DNA from: Octopus sinensis
Lineage: Eukaryota
Assembly (NCBI RefSeq): GCF_006345805.1
Contig: NC_043000.1
Coordinates: 158,348,001-158,412,000, forward strand
Length of the DNA: 64,000 nucleotides
Direction: 5' to 3'
Part shown: one piece after another, positions 41,600 through 55,967 of the stretch
How positions within the stretch are numbered: the stretch's first letter is position 1
Layout: each line of letters starts with the position of its first letter
Program-made: the position numbers and the translations under genes
Notes under the pieces: generated by a model
Told to the model about the DNA's origin: nothing
Seen by the model: the letters and a program-made list of their open reading frames with translations, nothing else
Database searches by the model: none

Positions 41600-42010
41600 G
41601 ATAAAGACAGAGATAGTTGTCATGGCGATACCAGCTCAGAGGCCTACGTAAAGTTGCAGAAATTGTTTGGTGGGGAGTGTATGAGCCGCACGTTTGTATA
41701 TTAGTGGTTCACACGTTTCCAAGATGGCCGAACAAATGTCGATATTGACGAACGTTTGGGGAGGCCTGCAACCAACAGAACTGAGAACAACAGCGCAGAT
41801 GTGCGTACAGCTGTGAAGGAAAATCGTCGAGTCACCATCCGTGAGTTACCAGAGCATATGCAGATTAGTTACGGTTCAGTCCTGTCCATTATCACCGAAG
41901 ATTTGGATATGAGACGTGTGTTTGCCAAGTATGTGCCAAAACTGCTTTCATCTGAGCAAAACGACACTCGGGTTTCATTTGCACAAGGTTTCCTTGATTG
42001 TATCTAGAAT
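41600..42010 (+). mobile_element. Mariner transposase N-terminal remnant
   Basis: GDTSSEAYVKLQKLFG..Y*WFTRFQDGRTNVDIDERLGRP..KENRRVTIREL..ISYGSVLSIITEDLDMRRVFAKYVPKLL (WVPHEL-like motif); catalytic domain absent. Confidence 0.85.
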
Positions 42011-42304
42011 GATGGCATCGTTGTGAAAACTATGTTTAGGCCTCTGAGCAGGTATTAGCAAGTTTTTTAGCAAAAATTTGATGTAGATTCTATGCTCAAC
42101 CTTCTCTGTCGTGTTCAATGCGACGATCACACGCTAGACATGTTCCTTCCAAGCACTGCTATAAACAGAAGTGAGCTAGAACGTTAAGTCTTTGCGCCCA
42201 TGAATAGCAGAGTACAAGTTCAATCTGTGGCATCCAGCTTTACTCTGCGTTCGTTAGTCTCGTTATTATGGCAACAGTCTGGATTCTTATTGACCCCACC
42301 TAAT

Positions 42305-43200
<896 letters not shown>

Positions 43201-43249
43201 GTTGATCGTTTATGTGTAAGTTTCTCATCTAATATTAAGGGAAATTCAT

Positions 43250-43290
43250 TATTATTATTATTTTATATTATTATTATTATTATTATTATC

Positions 43291-43364
<74 letters not shown>

Positions 43365-43408
43365 CCCACATCATCCATCATCATCATCATCATCATCACA
43401 TCATCATC

Positions 43409-43466
<58 letters not shown>

Positions 43467-43526
43467 CCATCATCATCATCATTATCATCATCATCATCAT
43501 CATTATTATTATTATTATTATTATCA
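43250..43526. repeat. (TAT)n/(CAT)n/(TAT)n compound microsatellite
   Basis: Seen directly. Confidence 0.95.
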
Positions 43527-44077
43527 TTGAGTGAGAGAGCAGTTCATGCCATCAAAGTGACACTGGGGTAAAATATACGAAGCCCAATATACCCATCATG
43601 ACTACCCGTCTGATAAAGGCACACCAGGCACATGAATCACAACCATATGTGCGCGACATGGTGATCTCATATCAAGATAAACAGCCCATGACCTTGCAGG
43701 TGGGGCCCAGTTAGAATTTTCTTCAGGTTGAGTAGCCCATCCCGCTCAAACGGTCCCTGAATAAGGGTTGTTTAAGGATGTTGAAAGAACCACCCGTGTT
43801 TCCAGAAGTGAACTTTTCAAACCCCACACAATCCCTCTCAACACATGGCTATGATGCTCCCCCACTACTTCTGCTCGTGATCAGAGATGCACATATCGTC
43901 AGCCACTAAGGGACATGCTCAACTGGTTAAGGTCAAACAACTGACAAGCAAATCTGTGGTATTGAGCAGAATATTTGCTGTAGCCCATCTTTTATACCAA
44001 GACAAAACAATGTACATGATAACACTTCCAATCAGTTAAGATCAGAAGCCATGAGAGCCACTGCCTGGTACTGCATC
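43527..44077 (-). mobile_element. ~550-bp non-coding interspersed element (family X), copy 1
   Basis: Reverse complement aligns end to end with 52832-53356; 5' gatgcagtaccaggcagtggctctcatgg, 3' ctgctctctcactcaat followed by (AAT/GAT)n. Confidence 0.85.
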
Positions 44078-46204
44078 TATTATTATTCTTATTATTATTA
44101 TTATTATTATATGTTTGACTTTCGCAAATCGTGCAGCCTAGCATGGACGAGGGTTGAGCATGTTTCAGCTAAATAAAAAAAAGAAGCTATACTTTTGCGG
44201 CATGTTTATTCTTACGTCGTAGTTACGTCCTCATAGTGATCTAGAAGTGCCTACCATTTTCTATTGCTCACATATTCATATCCTTTTCATCGACACTATG
44301 GACATATGAATAATATGAATTAACTACCATTGGGTAGGCTTTTCCCCTCGTTATATCTGTTGCGAGAACCGATGCATTTAAATCTAGCACTAATAGTTTT
44401 CTTGATAATGAAACTAATATGCTATACATTGAGAAATAATATACACGACAAACAGCAAGCCAAAACACGACAAACATATTTCTTTTAGACGCATGAACGC
44501 ATGAACAAAAACAAGAACACGCATATACAATTTCTCTAGATGTATTTGATATTTTAACATAGACGAATGTTTTATCATGCGAGAAAAGTCTAACGCTTTA
44601 GAAACATCAAAAATAAAAGACAATGTTCAGTTAGCTGCATGACCGTGTGCTTAAGAGTCACATTCTCAGATATGTGGATCTGCAGTCCACCATACGTATT
44701 GATATCTTCAGCAACTAGCTTCTACCATATCTTTGTGTTAAACATGAAACTGATGTGAAGAAAATTATGTAGATGTTGGGATTGATTGCGCAAATTCTTG
44801 CCCGGAGACTGCGACTAGAGATACATCTCATTGCGTCTACTCTCTTGCTATAATAACAGTTATTCGAGGATATCCCCATATCTTCATATGATGTTTTCCA
44901 CATCAGGAACTCATGGGTTTTGCTTTTGTCTTTACTTTCCCCGTTAAAGGCGAAGGTCTTGCAAAAATCATCAGCGCTACGTTTTCTCCTTTGATGTAGC
45001 CATGCAAATCAAAATTTAGTACCGAAAAATGTAATAATGTAAATATTTTAGAAATATAGTGAATTACTAGATCGATTCAGAAATGGATGGGTTAAGGAAC
45101 GGTTGCTTGAATTAATAAGTGGATTACGTTAGTACGAGCTGCAAATCGTTGATTTCGAATGAATACACACTGAATGAAGTGAGACTAAAGTAAAAAGTGA
45201 ATGCAGAGTAGGGGGAGAAACGGAGTGGAAATAGAGTAGTTAAATAAAAGAGATGCTTGAGTGATTAGAGAGAACAATTATGACGATTGCTAACAAGACA
45301 AAGTGAAAGTAGCTGAGTTGAAACAATTGGGAAAAGCCAATGGGAAGCAGCTGAAGTGGTTTGCGGGATAGAAATTTATGAATTGCGAGAGAAAACTCAG
45401 TGACATTACACTGTATAATATTACTCTAAATAGCATTAAACACCAAACAAGATAAAACGACAAAATAAAGAAAACCAATCAATGAAAGCAACAGAAAATA
45501 AAACAATAATAAAAAGAATATCACTGAACCAAAAGAAAAACAAAATTTATTGAATTTTGAACGGTTCTTAGAAATAGTATTAGTTATAAAACGATTGATG
45601 TGTAGGCTGATAATTTGACCCTGAGACTCATACGTATATTTTAATAAATGTTAATATCGATATTGATATCTTCTATTGGCAGTAGGATATATATTTATGG
45701 GAAAAGGTCGTAGTTCATTGCATCGACCTTATTGTAGTATATGTGACACTTCTTAGATCGAATCATCTTTGAACTCGTCAGAATTTTACATAATTATTAA
45801 TACTTCAACCTCATGTTAACGATTGATGTCCAATATGACGTCATTTGTTCTAACTAAGATACGACTGAAATATCAACAACGGCAAAATGATAATGCAATA
45901 AGATTATATTAATCACAGCTCCGTGAATAAACGGAGTGTATCACATAAATTTATCTCCTTTAGCCACGTTATTCGCAGTGGGATATAGTGTAGTTCTACT
46001 CGGTCCTATAGACAGAAACTTAGGGACGGGTATTTTATTGCCGTGTGCCGTTGAAACAATTCGTATTTTATGATTTCTGAGCTGGTTTAGAATAGTTAGC
46101 TTAATTTTGTAGGTGAACGAAATTTGAGCCTGTAGTAAATTCTCACGCACCAATTTCGTATTCTATAAAGGGCTGAGATACTGCAGAAAATCTATCATGC
46201 ACAT

Positions 46205-46339
46205 ATGTTAGTAGTAGTGGTAGTAGTAGTAGTGGTGGTGGTGGTTGTGGTGGTGGTGGTGGTGGTAGTGGTAGTAACAGCAGAAGCAGTAGAAGCAGCA
46301 GCAGCAGCAGTAGCAGCAGCAGCAGCAGTAGTAGTAGTA

Positions 46340-46385
<46 letters not shown>

Positions 46386-46551
46386 TAGTAGTAGTAAAAA
46401 TGACGACGGCAATAACAAGAACAGCAACAATAATAATGATAGTAAGAAGAAAAAGGAGAAGAAGAAGAATAAGAGGTAGAAGATCAAGAAGAAGAAGAAG
46501 AAGAAGGAGGAGAAGGGGAGGAGATGGGGGTGGAGGAGGAGGAGCAGAATG

Positions 46552-46585
<34 letters not shown>

Positions 46586-46650
46586 GAAGAAGAAGAAGGA
46601 AGAAGAAGAAGAAGAAGAAGAAGAAGAAGAAGAAGAAGAAGAAGAAGAAA
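46205..46650. repeat. Compound trinucleotide array (GTA/GTG/GCA/AGA/TAA/GAA)
   Basis: Seen directly; source of pseudo-ORFs 46143..46724 and 46205..46552. Confidence 0.95.
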
Positions 46651-47819
46651 ATACTACCCATAGAATGATGCCCATAGAATAGGGCAATAACATAAATACT
46701 GAACCAGGATGACAGACATAGCACTGGTACCGAAAACGAAGTAACGCTATACTAGAAACTCAGGCCCAAGGAATGCATAATAACTTTACGCGTTTTCACT
46801 TTGTCATTTGATAATGTTTCAGGGACGAGATAATAAATGCTCTCTGTAGCTTAAACGTGCATTTATCCAGAACTGTGAATTTCTATTTGCCGATGCTTTT
46901 ACACATACCTTCTACTCCAATTCTTGGAACATGAATGAGCTGCAGGTTGTAAAATAAGGTTTCTTGAGAGAGCAAAATTTTTTGATAGTTGTATATTCTC
47001 TTCTTCGAGGTATCAAGATTCTATTGTTAATTGTTACCTTACTGTGCCAGAGTAGATGCCACAGGTCCTTTAGGCATTTCTTTGCTTGTGTTGGTGTTGG
47101 TTTATTAAAAACTTGTATTTTTCGATTTATAAATTCATATTTGATGGCTCTTCCTTTTACTGCTTCTATATCTTTCTACGGAATCCAGATTATCCCTTGA
47201 TTATCCACTTTTTCAATGAACTAGCGAATAACGAGTTGTCTTGGGTTTCAATTAACTGTTTGATGTTATTGCTGTTTTCGTAATTATCATTATTTTTGTC
47301 TTTCCTGTTGGTGATATTTTGCCGTTACTGTTATTTCTGTTAGACATGAAAATATTAGTTTCCTTCCGTTTGCTTATTTTTCTCTATCCTGCTGACTTTT
47401 GTTGCTGTTCTGGTTGTTAGACGCGTCGATACTTTGTAAGACACAGTTGGGCGTCTCTTTAGGACTGGTTTTAAGCATGAATCGAAACACATTCCTTTCT
47501 AGCAGGAGAAGCATGTTTTTTTTCCAGATGCCTAGGTACCTGTTAAATTGCATTCATCTTCTCCTTTTACTATTAATTTCAATAAAGATCATGAAGCCAT
47601 GTCGGACGATTAAGCTATATATTAGGATGCAGAATTTTAGAAATAACTCATAGCCCGTTCCGAGATCGAATCGTGAACGTGAAAGTTTTCGCAGGTGTCC
47701 TGTTGCTTTCGAACACAATTTCTTTTTCATAGCTAAATCGGAAACAGTAGAGAAAAAGACTTACCTGCAAAGATACAGCTTGGCATTCACGTGTGCTGTC
47801 ATATTTATATAAGAGCAAG

Positions 47820-47877
<58 letters not shown>

Positions 47878-48110
47878 GTACTACTACTACTACAACTACT
47901 ACTACTACTACTACAACAACAACAACAACAACTACTACTACTACTACTACAACTACTACTACTACTACTACTGCTACTACTACTACAACTACTGCTACTG
48001 TTGCTGACACTACTACTACTACTACTACTACTACAACTACTGCTACTGTTGCTGACACTACTACTACTACTACTACTAACAACAACAACAACAACAATAA
48101 CAATAATAAC

Positions 48111-48149
<39 letters not shown>

Positions 48150-48175
48150 GACAATATTCTTAAACAACAACAATG
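47820..48175. repeat. Compound trinucleotide array (CTA/CAA/TAA) with an internal 48-bp duplication
   Basis: caactactgctactgttgctgacacta at 47986-48012 and 48034-48060. Confidence 0.95.
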
Positions 48176-48359
48176 ATACAGATATACGTATGAATGCCGT
48201 AGCTGACCATGCGATAAATTATAGTTCTATCGTTAGTTGCAATCTAAAAAAAATAACAAGACTAAACAGAAAAAGATGAAACCTCAGAAAATAAAAATAA
48301 TGCTCGCATTTAGAATACACCATCCAAAATATGTCATAGAAATATTAAAGATAAAAACA

Positions 48360-48900
48360 TTAGCCATCAACAGAGACAGCCGATGGGCCATGTATAGGAA
48401 GAAAACGGTTATATAGCGTCAATTGTGAGAGTAAGCATATTTAGAATTTAGAATTTCCAAAGGGTAAAGACGAATGAAAGAAATATTCACTCTCTAAAAG
48501 GAACTAAGAGACAAACTAAAAACAGAAATAGATTTGAAGGATGTGGAGTAACAAAACTAAAAATCACGTAAAAGGTTACATTCCCAGCATAATAAAAGAC
48601 TTTGAAATGCTATGTTAAATCTATGGAAAAGGAAAGCCTATACAAAGCAAAACCAGAAACATCTTAACAAAGCAGTAGTTTACGAGGTTTACAGGTTCAC
48701 TGCCTACTCACCACCAGAATCTGCAAGATGTATGCAGAATAATGGAAGTAGCTGCAAAATATGAGAAAATATAACGGGAAGAATTAAACACCTCGTTTCC
48801 AACTATCATGGAATAACCAAAAAATTACATCAATGGGTATGACAGAACTGGAACTTGCGATTCACAATACGACAAAGCGATTATTTGCCAAAATACATCA
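48360..48900 (+). mobile_element. Possible highly decayed R4-like LINE C-terminal region
   Basis: Weak SCKI*ENITGRIKHLVSNYHGITKKLHQWV, resembling the post-RT CCHC/RH region. Confidence 0.3.
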
Positions 48901-48913
48901 ATATATAGACACT

Positions 48914-49150
48914 GTGGAGGCGCAATGGCCCAGTGATTAGGGCAGTGGAATCGCGGTTTTGATTCCCAGACCGGGCAATGTGAGTGTTTATTGAGCGAAA
49001 ACACCTAAAACTCCACGAGGCTCCGGCAGGGGATGGTGGCGATCCCTGCTGTACTCTTTCGCCACAACTTTAACTCTTCCTTCTGTTGGCCTGCTCGCTT
49101 AGACAGCGGGGTGGCGTCATTTGAAGGCTAAAACAATGCGAAGCGCATTG
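48914..49150 (+). mobile_element. SINE family 2 with tail type B
   Basis: Head nearly identical to the 6654-7030 copy (gtggaggcgcaatggcccagtg..gattcccagaccggg..ctccacgaggctccggcagg), then a different tail that matches 22358-22485. Confidence 0.9.
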
Positions 49151-49379
49151 GGACACTGGTCTGTCACAGGGATATACACAATGGATAAAAAGATGTCAAA
49201 AAGAACTAGAAAATGAGATAGCCAAACGAATAACAATGCAGAAAACAGAGAAATCCTTCAGCTATAAAGATCTATAAAGTGTGAAAAAAAAAAAAAAGAA
49301 ATGAAGGGGCTAAAATTTGAGAAATAATGTTTATAATTCTCTCTCGTTTCTCTTTTTTCTTTTTCTCCACGCTAGTGTT

Positions 49380-49520
49380 TGATTGGTAATTATTTTATCG
49401 GCCCCAAAATAATGAAAGGTAAGGTCGACCACGGCAGAATTTGAACTCATAACTCAAGATCAGATGGACTGCCACTAAATATTTTGTCTAGCGTTCTATG
49501 GATTCTGTCATCTCCTTGCA
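49380..49520 (-). mobile_element. SINE family 1, degenerate copy
   Basis: ttttatcggccccaaaataatgaaaggtaaggtcgaccacggcagaatttgaactc. Confidence 0.7.
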
Positions 49521-49610
49521 TTAACAATGCTTAAGATATTAGATGATTGGGGACACGTAAAGTGATGCAATAAAATTTATAAAAAACCCATGGCATGCAG
49601 AAAAAGGACA

Positions 49611-49700
49611 CCATGCGCCGCCATTTTGCGATGAGCGCTTGTAGTACAATGGAAAGGTAATTAAAACAATACGCGTCGTACGTTGAAGGCCCGCAGAGTT
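49611..49700. promoter_or_regulatory. CpG-rich patch with a YY1 consensus site
   Basis: gccgccattttg at 49617-49628 (CAAAATGGCGGC on the minus strand); 9 CpG in 90 bp in CpG-poor DNA. Confidence 0.35.
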
Positions 49701-49839
49701 GCACTCAGTTATATGGGAAAAGAATGCAATAAAAATGAAGTACGGAAATAAAAGCGTGTCAACGCTAATGAAAACACAGAACATACTAGTGATAAAGTTA
49801 ATGGTAAAAATTTCATATGAAGTAAAACGAAAAACATTT

Positions 49840-49911
<72 letters not shown>

Positions 49912-50035
49912 CAGTAGAAGTAGTAGTAGTAGTAGTAGTAGTGTAGTAGTAGTAGTACTAGTAGTAGTAGTAGTTGTTGTTGTTACTATTGTAGTAATAG
50001 CAGCAGCAGCAGTAGTAGTGGTAGTAGTAGCAGAA
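49840..50035. repeat. (AGT)n trinucleotide array
   Basis: Seen directly. Confidence 0.95.
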
Positions 50036-51189
50036 AAACACAATGCTGAAGCTTTTCAAAGTTTTATGCACTCGTCGACGCAAACACTTGACTCTAACGT
50101 TATTTTCTACATTTCTTATAGTATGAGATGAGAAAAGGCGTTGTGCAGTAAGCAGGTTTCGATTGTTACTACTATCCATTTTATTAAACAAATAATCACG
50201 TGATATTGTATCGTCACCTCAAAATCTCTTTTCGCTTAATTATAAATTTGTGATGTTTCATGGGTTAAATACAAACGGATATTCTCATGCGAATAGAAAT
50301 AGTAACGTAATTAATATAGTCAACCATTTGACAGAGATTATAAAGAATAAATGATAAATGGGGTTGCGATACATATGATTTTAATTTTAAGTAACCTGGA
50401 GATGCTGTAACACCATGCGGGCACTATCATGTCACATTTGTAATCAAGCGTCTCAAATTTTACATAATGTTTGTAAAAGAGAATTAGGGGACAAAAATTC
50501 CTTTCAGAAATTGTGTAATCAACAATATTTGTTGAGTTTTCCAGTAATCAAATGAACTCTGCGTTCGCAGCAGGAACGTTAATGGTGTTAAGGCTGCAAT
50601 GATAATTAACTTTGAGGAAAGATTATTGAAACTAAAATAAATATTATTAGATTAACTTTCTTTAATCCTATTTCCCTCTGACAAGAATATTTAGTTTCAA
50701 TAATTTATCAAGGTTATTTTTTTGGCGCAACAAATTATGTTTGACTTGTTTCTCCCCAACACACAAACCCGCCACACAATCCCGAACAACCGGCAGCTCA
50801 AATGACATTTCATTGAACTCAGCAATAATTACCCAAACATGAAACGATTTCCTGACCATTTCTAATTGTTTTATATGGTTTCATACTGGTTCTGGATTTT
50901 CGTGTAATTAAAACTTCGAATTCCTTCTCATGACAAAACACACATCGAACTGAAAGAGTAACGTTATAGTAACTACAGGTGCCTGGATAAAATAGCATCA
51001 TTATATATTTTTTATTGTTTTTTTAATGAGAGGAAAAAAAGGCGAAAATGACATTAAACGAATTCAAATTTTTATATTCTCACGTTTAAGATAATTTTAT
51101 AATCCAAAATAAGCGGTGCTGGGTGAGTGGCCGAGGCCTGCATGCTATTAGTTTCTAAACATGCACTCTTCAGAATCTCAGTAATTGGT

Positions 51190-51344
51190 ATTAACCAAGT
51201 GGTAAGAAGCTTGCTTCCCAACAACCTCGCTCCGAGTTCAGTCCCACTGCGTAGCACATTGGGCCAGTGTTTTCTATCATTGCATTGGGCCTTTCCAAAA
51301 CTTTGTAAGAAGATTTGGTAAGTTGAAAGTGAAAGAAGCCCGTC

Positions 51345-51345
<1 letters not shown>
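51190..51345 (+). mobile_element. SINE family 3, 5' half
   Basis: gtggtaagaagcttgcttcccaac..gagttcagtcccactgcgtagcacattgggccagtg..gaaagaagcccgtcgtatata. Confidence 0.8.
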
Positions 51346-51410
<65 letters not shown>

Positions 51411-51428
51411 TATGTGTGTGTGTGTGTG

Positions 51429-51459
<31 letters not shown>

Positions 51460-52754
51460 TATGTATGTATATGTATTTATGTATTTGTATAGAATGTTTA
51501 TTGTGAAGTACAGAAATTGAATATTGAGAAAAAAGTCTTCAGAAATTTAGAAAAAATCTTTTGATTTCTTCATTATTATTAGCGCTTTTGTTCGTTTCTC
51601 GAACTTGTCAAATAAAATTTTGTGAATGTACAAACAGATTGTTCATTTATATAAAACAGATGTTTTTGGGGGCACTTGGTTTAGAAGAAGAGAACATTTT
51701 TTTAGGAGAGTCTTCTATATATATTATAATGATTGAAGTGTTGCAGGAATGTGTCCAGTTTAATCTTTTTCCCCCACATTATTAATAAAGTCATCTTACT
51801 TTGAAGAAACTATAAATGAATATTAAAAAGGTTTTAATCTATAAAGTTTATTTGTATACTAAACATAAATTATAATGCTTAATATTACAAAATTCGCTTC
51901 TGTTTTAAATGTCGACTTCCGTTTGAATTCCATATGTAAACAAATAGCTTTTCTTTGCGTTCGTAAAAAATGTAATAAAGCGAAAAAACAAAAATAAAAA
52001 CAACAAAACAAGTGAGTAAATTATTTTAAAAAGTAGTACGTGGTCTAATAACAATAATTTCTATCTAATAGAATTAAGTTTTCAAACTGCTTTAGATTGC
52101 GGTCATGCTGGAGTACCACCTTGAATTTATTTAGTCAATAATATCATCTCTGCTCACAATTCTCCGCATATTATCAGATGTATGTTGCATTATCAAGAGT
52201 GTCAAGAACAGAAAATATAAAAATATTAACTGAGATAAATGAAAAGGGTCCATTTGCTACCGGTTGTGTCTGCAACAAAAATCTACAGTGATGTGAGGCA
52301 TTCATTACTCTCTTTTAATTGAAATGTATTTCAGTTTTTTTTTTAATTACTAGGAAAGGGACACTAGAAACACTTAAGACGTCTATAAGTGAATATAATG
52401 AAACAACAATATAGCAAAGCGCAGCTCTTGATATTGGTAAATATAATTCATTAAAAGCCACCAGAGCATCCATTTTCAAATTCACCCAAGCGAAGACTCA
52501 TGGACATTTTCCCTTGACAGTTTCATCACTTTTCCAATTTTCATTATCGTCATTTTTAAATGCAGCATGGATAATTTTACTGATGACAGAATAAACTATA
52601 AGAGAGTCTTCGTTCAATTCATGAGCATATTGTCAATTAGCTCTATAATTAATGTATCATATCTATATATAAAATCAATGTGCGCAACACATACGCCAGC
52701 AGATACCCGCCCACTAGGCAGTTTTCTGATGGTAATAATAATAATAATAATAAT

Positions 52755-52826
<72 letters not shown>

Positions 52827-52831
52827 GCACT

Positions 52832-53356
52832 GATGTAGTACCAAGCAGTGACTCTGATGGCTTCTCATGTAAGCTGATTGGAAGTGTTATCATGTACGTT
52901 GTTTTGTCTTAGCATTATCGGTGGGCTACAACAAATATTCTGCTCGATGCAACAGATTTGCTTGTCAGTTGCTTGACCGTAACCAGTTGAACATGTCCCT
53001 TAGTGGCTGACGATATGTGCATTTCTGATCACGAGCAGAAATAGTGGGAGAGAATCATAGTCATTTGTTGAAAGGAATTATTTGGGGTTTGGATAATTCA
53101 CCTTTGGAAACATGGGTATTTCGTTCAGGGACTTTTGAGTTGGATAGGCTACTCAACCTAAAGAAAATTGTAACAGGCCCCCACCTGCAAGGTCATGCGT
53201 TGTTTATCTTGATATGCGTTCACCATGTCGCTCACATATGGTTGTGATTCATGTGCCTGGTGTGCCCTTATCAGACGGGTAGTCATGATGAGTATCCTGT
53301 GCTTCGTATATTTTACCCCAGTGTCACTTTGATGGCACGCACTGCTCTCTCACTCA
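52832..53356 (+). mobile_element. ~550-bp non-coding interspersed element (family X), copy 2
   Basis: Same termini as 43527-44077 in the opposite orientation; flanked by (AAT)n on both sides. Confidence 0.85.
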
Positions 53357-53404
53357 GTTATAATAATATTAATAATAATAATATCAAATATTGTCACGAA
53401 GCAA

Positions 53405-53580
53405 GCAGTTTCTGGTGAGGTGTTAAATCGATTACATCGAACCCATTGTTCAACTGGTACGTATTTGATCAACCCCAAAACAATGAAAAGTAAAGTCCAT
53501 CTCGTTGGCATTTGAACTCATAACGTAAAGACGGATGAAATAGCGCTAAGCATTTCTTCCCGGTGTGCTTAATACCAGCA
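53405..53580 (-). mobile_element. SINE family 1, degenerate copy
   Basis: aatcgattacatcgaaccc..caactggtac..aaccccaaaacaatgaaaagtaaag..tttgaactc..gctaagcatttc. Confidence 0.75.
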
Positions 53581-54421
53581 TTCTCTTAAACATAACAGCC
53601 ATAGTTTATTTTCTCATTCAAAGACACGCGAGACATTTAACAATCGTGTTTCACTTTACACTCTTCATCCAACTGAACGAAGCGTTACCTAGCATTTTAT
53701 ACATAAGTGTGGAGAAGATCTAAGCTAAATTTGTGCGTTTTTTGAAATATAAACAAATACATAAATAAATAAGTTGAACTAAAATTTACGAAAAAATTTG
53801 AAGTTGTCCCATAATGTTCAATCTACATATTATGACAATTTATTTCAAGTTGAGCTTAGCTGGGCTGTTGAATATTCACTACATTTTTATTCACGCTGCA
53901 TTAACGTTTTCATTTTCTTTTTCTGAATATATTATTATACTGCATTCTTTCACATTTCCATTGTTCAAATATGCGATATATTTGAATGACGTACTATGCA
54001 AATAATGAATATATTTGTCGTTCTTTTTGTATTATGAGATATATTACGTGGTAGATATGTCACTGAATTAATCGGATATCTCTATCATTTTATTAAATAA
54101 AGAAGCTATTTCCACAGCATGTAAACAAAATTGAGTGAAATAATATAGCAACAAAAATGCTAGAATGAAAACAACATAACCACAAGAATACAAGTGACCG
54201 ACCAAAAGTATTAAATTATACAAGCTTCCACCAATATATATAAAAAGTAGATATGCCGAGCAGTTGCAAGTTTCTCCGTTAACAGTTTACGTTTGAAATT
54301 GAATTCACTAGAAATGATTACAGTTTATATAGACCTTATGCATCCACACGTACACAATTGTATGTATTCTCTCTCTCTTTTCCTCTCCCTCCCTTCCTTA
54401 CCGCATCTCCGCCTCCCTCTT

Positions 54422-54456
<35 letters not shown>

Positions 54457-54639
54457 TATAGCCATTTAAAAGAAGGAAAGAAAATGGAGTGAGGAAGTTG
54501 ACAATTATTTATTAATAACAAATTGGTCATCCTCTAATTAAATTTATACACACACACACATACATAACAGGCAAAACTGAGAATGAAAGATACCACACAA
54601 TAGGGAGGGATTTTAATAAATGTGATATTAGCGTAATGC

Positions 54640-55430
54640 TTAAAAAGGAAGGTAAATTGTTTTAACTATTTGGCCGCTAGTCTTTTGTCAAAAGAAGAGT
54701 ATAAAAGAAAAGTCAAAATCGAACAGAGGAGAGAAAAACGGGCGAGTGTTGAGGTGAAAGGTCAGAATGCAGTTCTATGTGTAAGTTAAGAAAAGAGGAA
54801 GTGGTGAGGTGGCCGTATAAGTGTGTATCAGTATTTTGAAATTAGCATAAGGGGAGAGCTCGTCCTTTTTATGGTTATGTTGCGTGCGTATATGTGCACA
54901 GATTGTGCAAGCTTAGCGGTCTGCTTTAGTGGCGGTGAAAGATGTAGGTGAGTGCTTCCAACCAATACGTTCGTGCGAAGAAAACGTGGAAGTATGTTAA
55001 GGTGATCGTGCGTGAAGGTGATTAAAAAGGAAGAAATTGGGTGGAGGTGTGATGCGATTAGAAGTATAAGTCAAGTAATGTCATGTGGAAGAGAAGTATG
55101 ACCAAGGTATGAAGAACAGGCTAAAATACAATGCTGGTTCAAAAAGAAGAAAGAACCACTAGTTCTCTCAGTGAAGAAACTTGGTGCGACAGGAGGACGG
55201 GTACGAGGTATTTGATAAAGATGAACATAAAAGTATAAACGAAATGCAAATGGAAGCAAGTAATAGAGAAATGAAAAAAGAAAAATGAAAAAAATGAACG
55301 CAGTAAGTGATAATAATGATCAAACGACTTCGGAGGTAAAAGCGAAATGACAGAAACTTAGGAGAAGCATTGGATAAAATTGTATAAAAAGGAGGAAAAT
55401 TATTACAATAAATCGCAGATAAAGAAATGA
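54640..55430 (-). mobile_element. Decayed LINE 3' region (CR1/Jockey-like group, tentative)
   Basis: Minus-strand IPRTRPPVAPSFFTERTS and LPRFLRTN resemble post-RT IPR.RT..SF.PRT..WN.LP tails. Confidence 0.35.
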
Positions 55431-55552
55431 TTGCAACAGCTTCATCAAGTAAAACCGCCTGACTGCTTTGTCTCGCTTCATTTCACGCATGATAAGACAG
55501 GAGTATCAGCTTTTCTGTGTTACTGGAGCAGAGGCGCTCCACTGGTTATATA

Positions 55553-55967
55553 TACTCTTTTACTCTTTTACTTGTTTTAGTCATTCGACTGCGGCCATGC
55601 TGGAGCACCGCCTTTAGTCGAGCAAATCGACCCCGGGACTTATTCTTCGTAAGCCCAGTACTTATTTTATCGGCCTCTTTTGCCGAACCGCTAAGTGACG
55701 GGGACGTAAACACACCAGCATCGGTTGTCAAGCAATGCTAGGTGGACAAACACAGACACATAAACACACACATATACATATATATATATATATACATATA
55801 TACGACAGGCTTCTTTCAGTTTCCGTCTACCAAATCCACTCACAAGGCTTTGGTCGGCCCGGGGCTATAGCAGAAGACACTTGCCCAAGATGCCACGCAG
55901 TGGGACTGAACCCGGAACCATGTGGTTGGTTAGCAAGCTACTTACCACACAGCCACACCTGCGCCTA
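55553..55967 (-). mobile_element. SINE family 3 (CORE-like), full length
   Basis: Minus strand ggcgcaggtgtggctgtgtggtaag (A box), ggttccgggttcagtccc (B box), catcttgggcaagtgtctt (CORE-like), internal (TA)/(TG)n, 3' gactaaaacaagtaaaagagtaaaagagta. Confidence 0.9.

Noticed and set aside
37810-42010. Idea that the two mariner pieces are halves of one rearranged element
   Set aside because: They overlap in the WVPH-like region with dissimilar sequence, are in the wrong order, and share no visible TIR.
48914-48980. SINE heads as tRNA genes (also 6960-7030, 55900-55967)
   Set aside because: A and B boxes are present but there is no complete cloverleaf, and each continues into a SINE body.
49710-49816. 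Signal-peptide-like MKFLPLTLSLVCSVFSLALT on the minus strand
   Set aside because: T-rich strands yield hydrophobic peptides by chance; stop after 35 codons and no further support.
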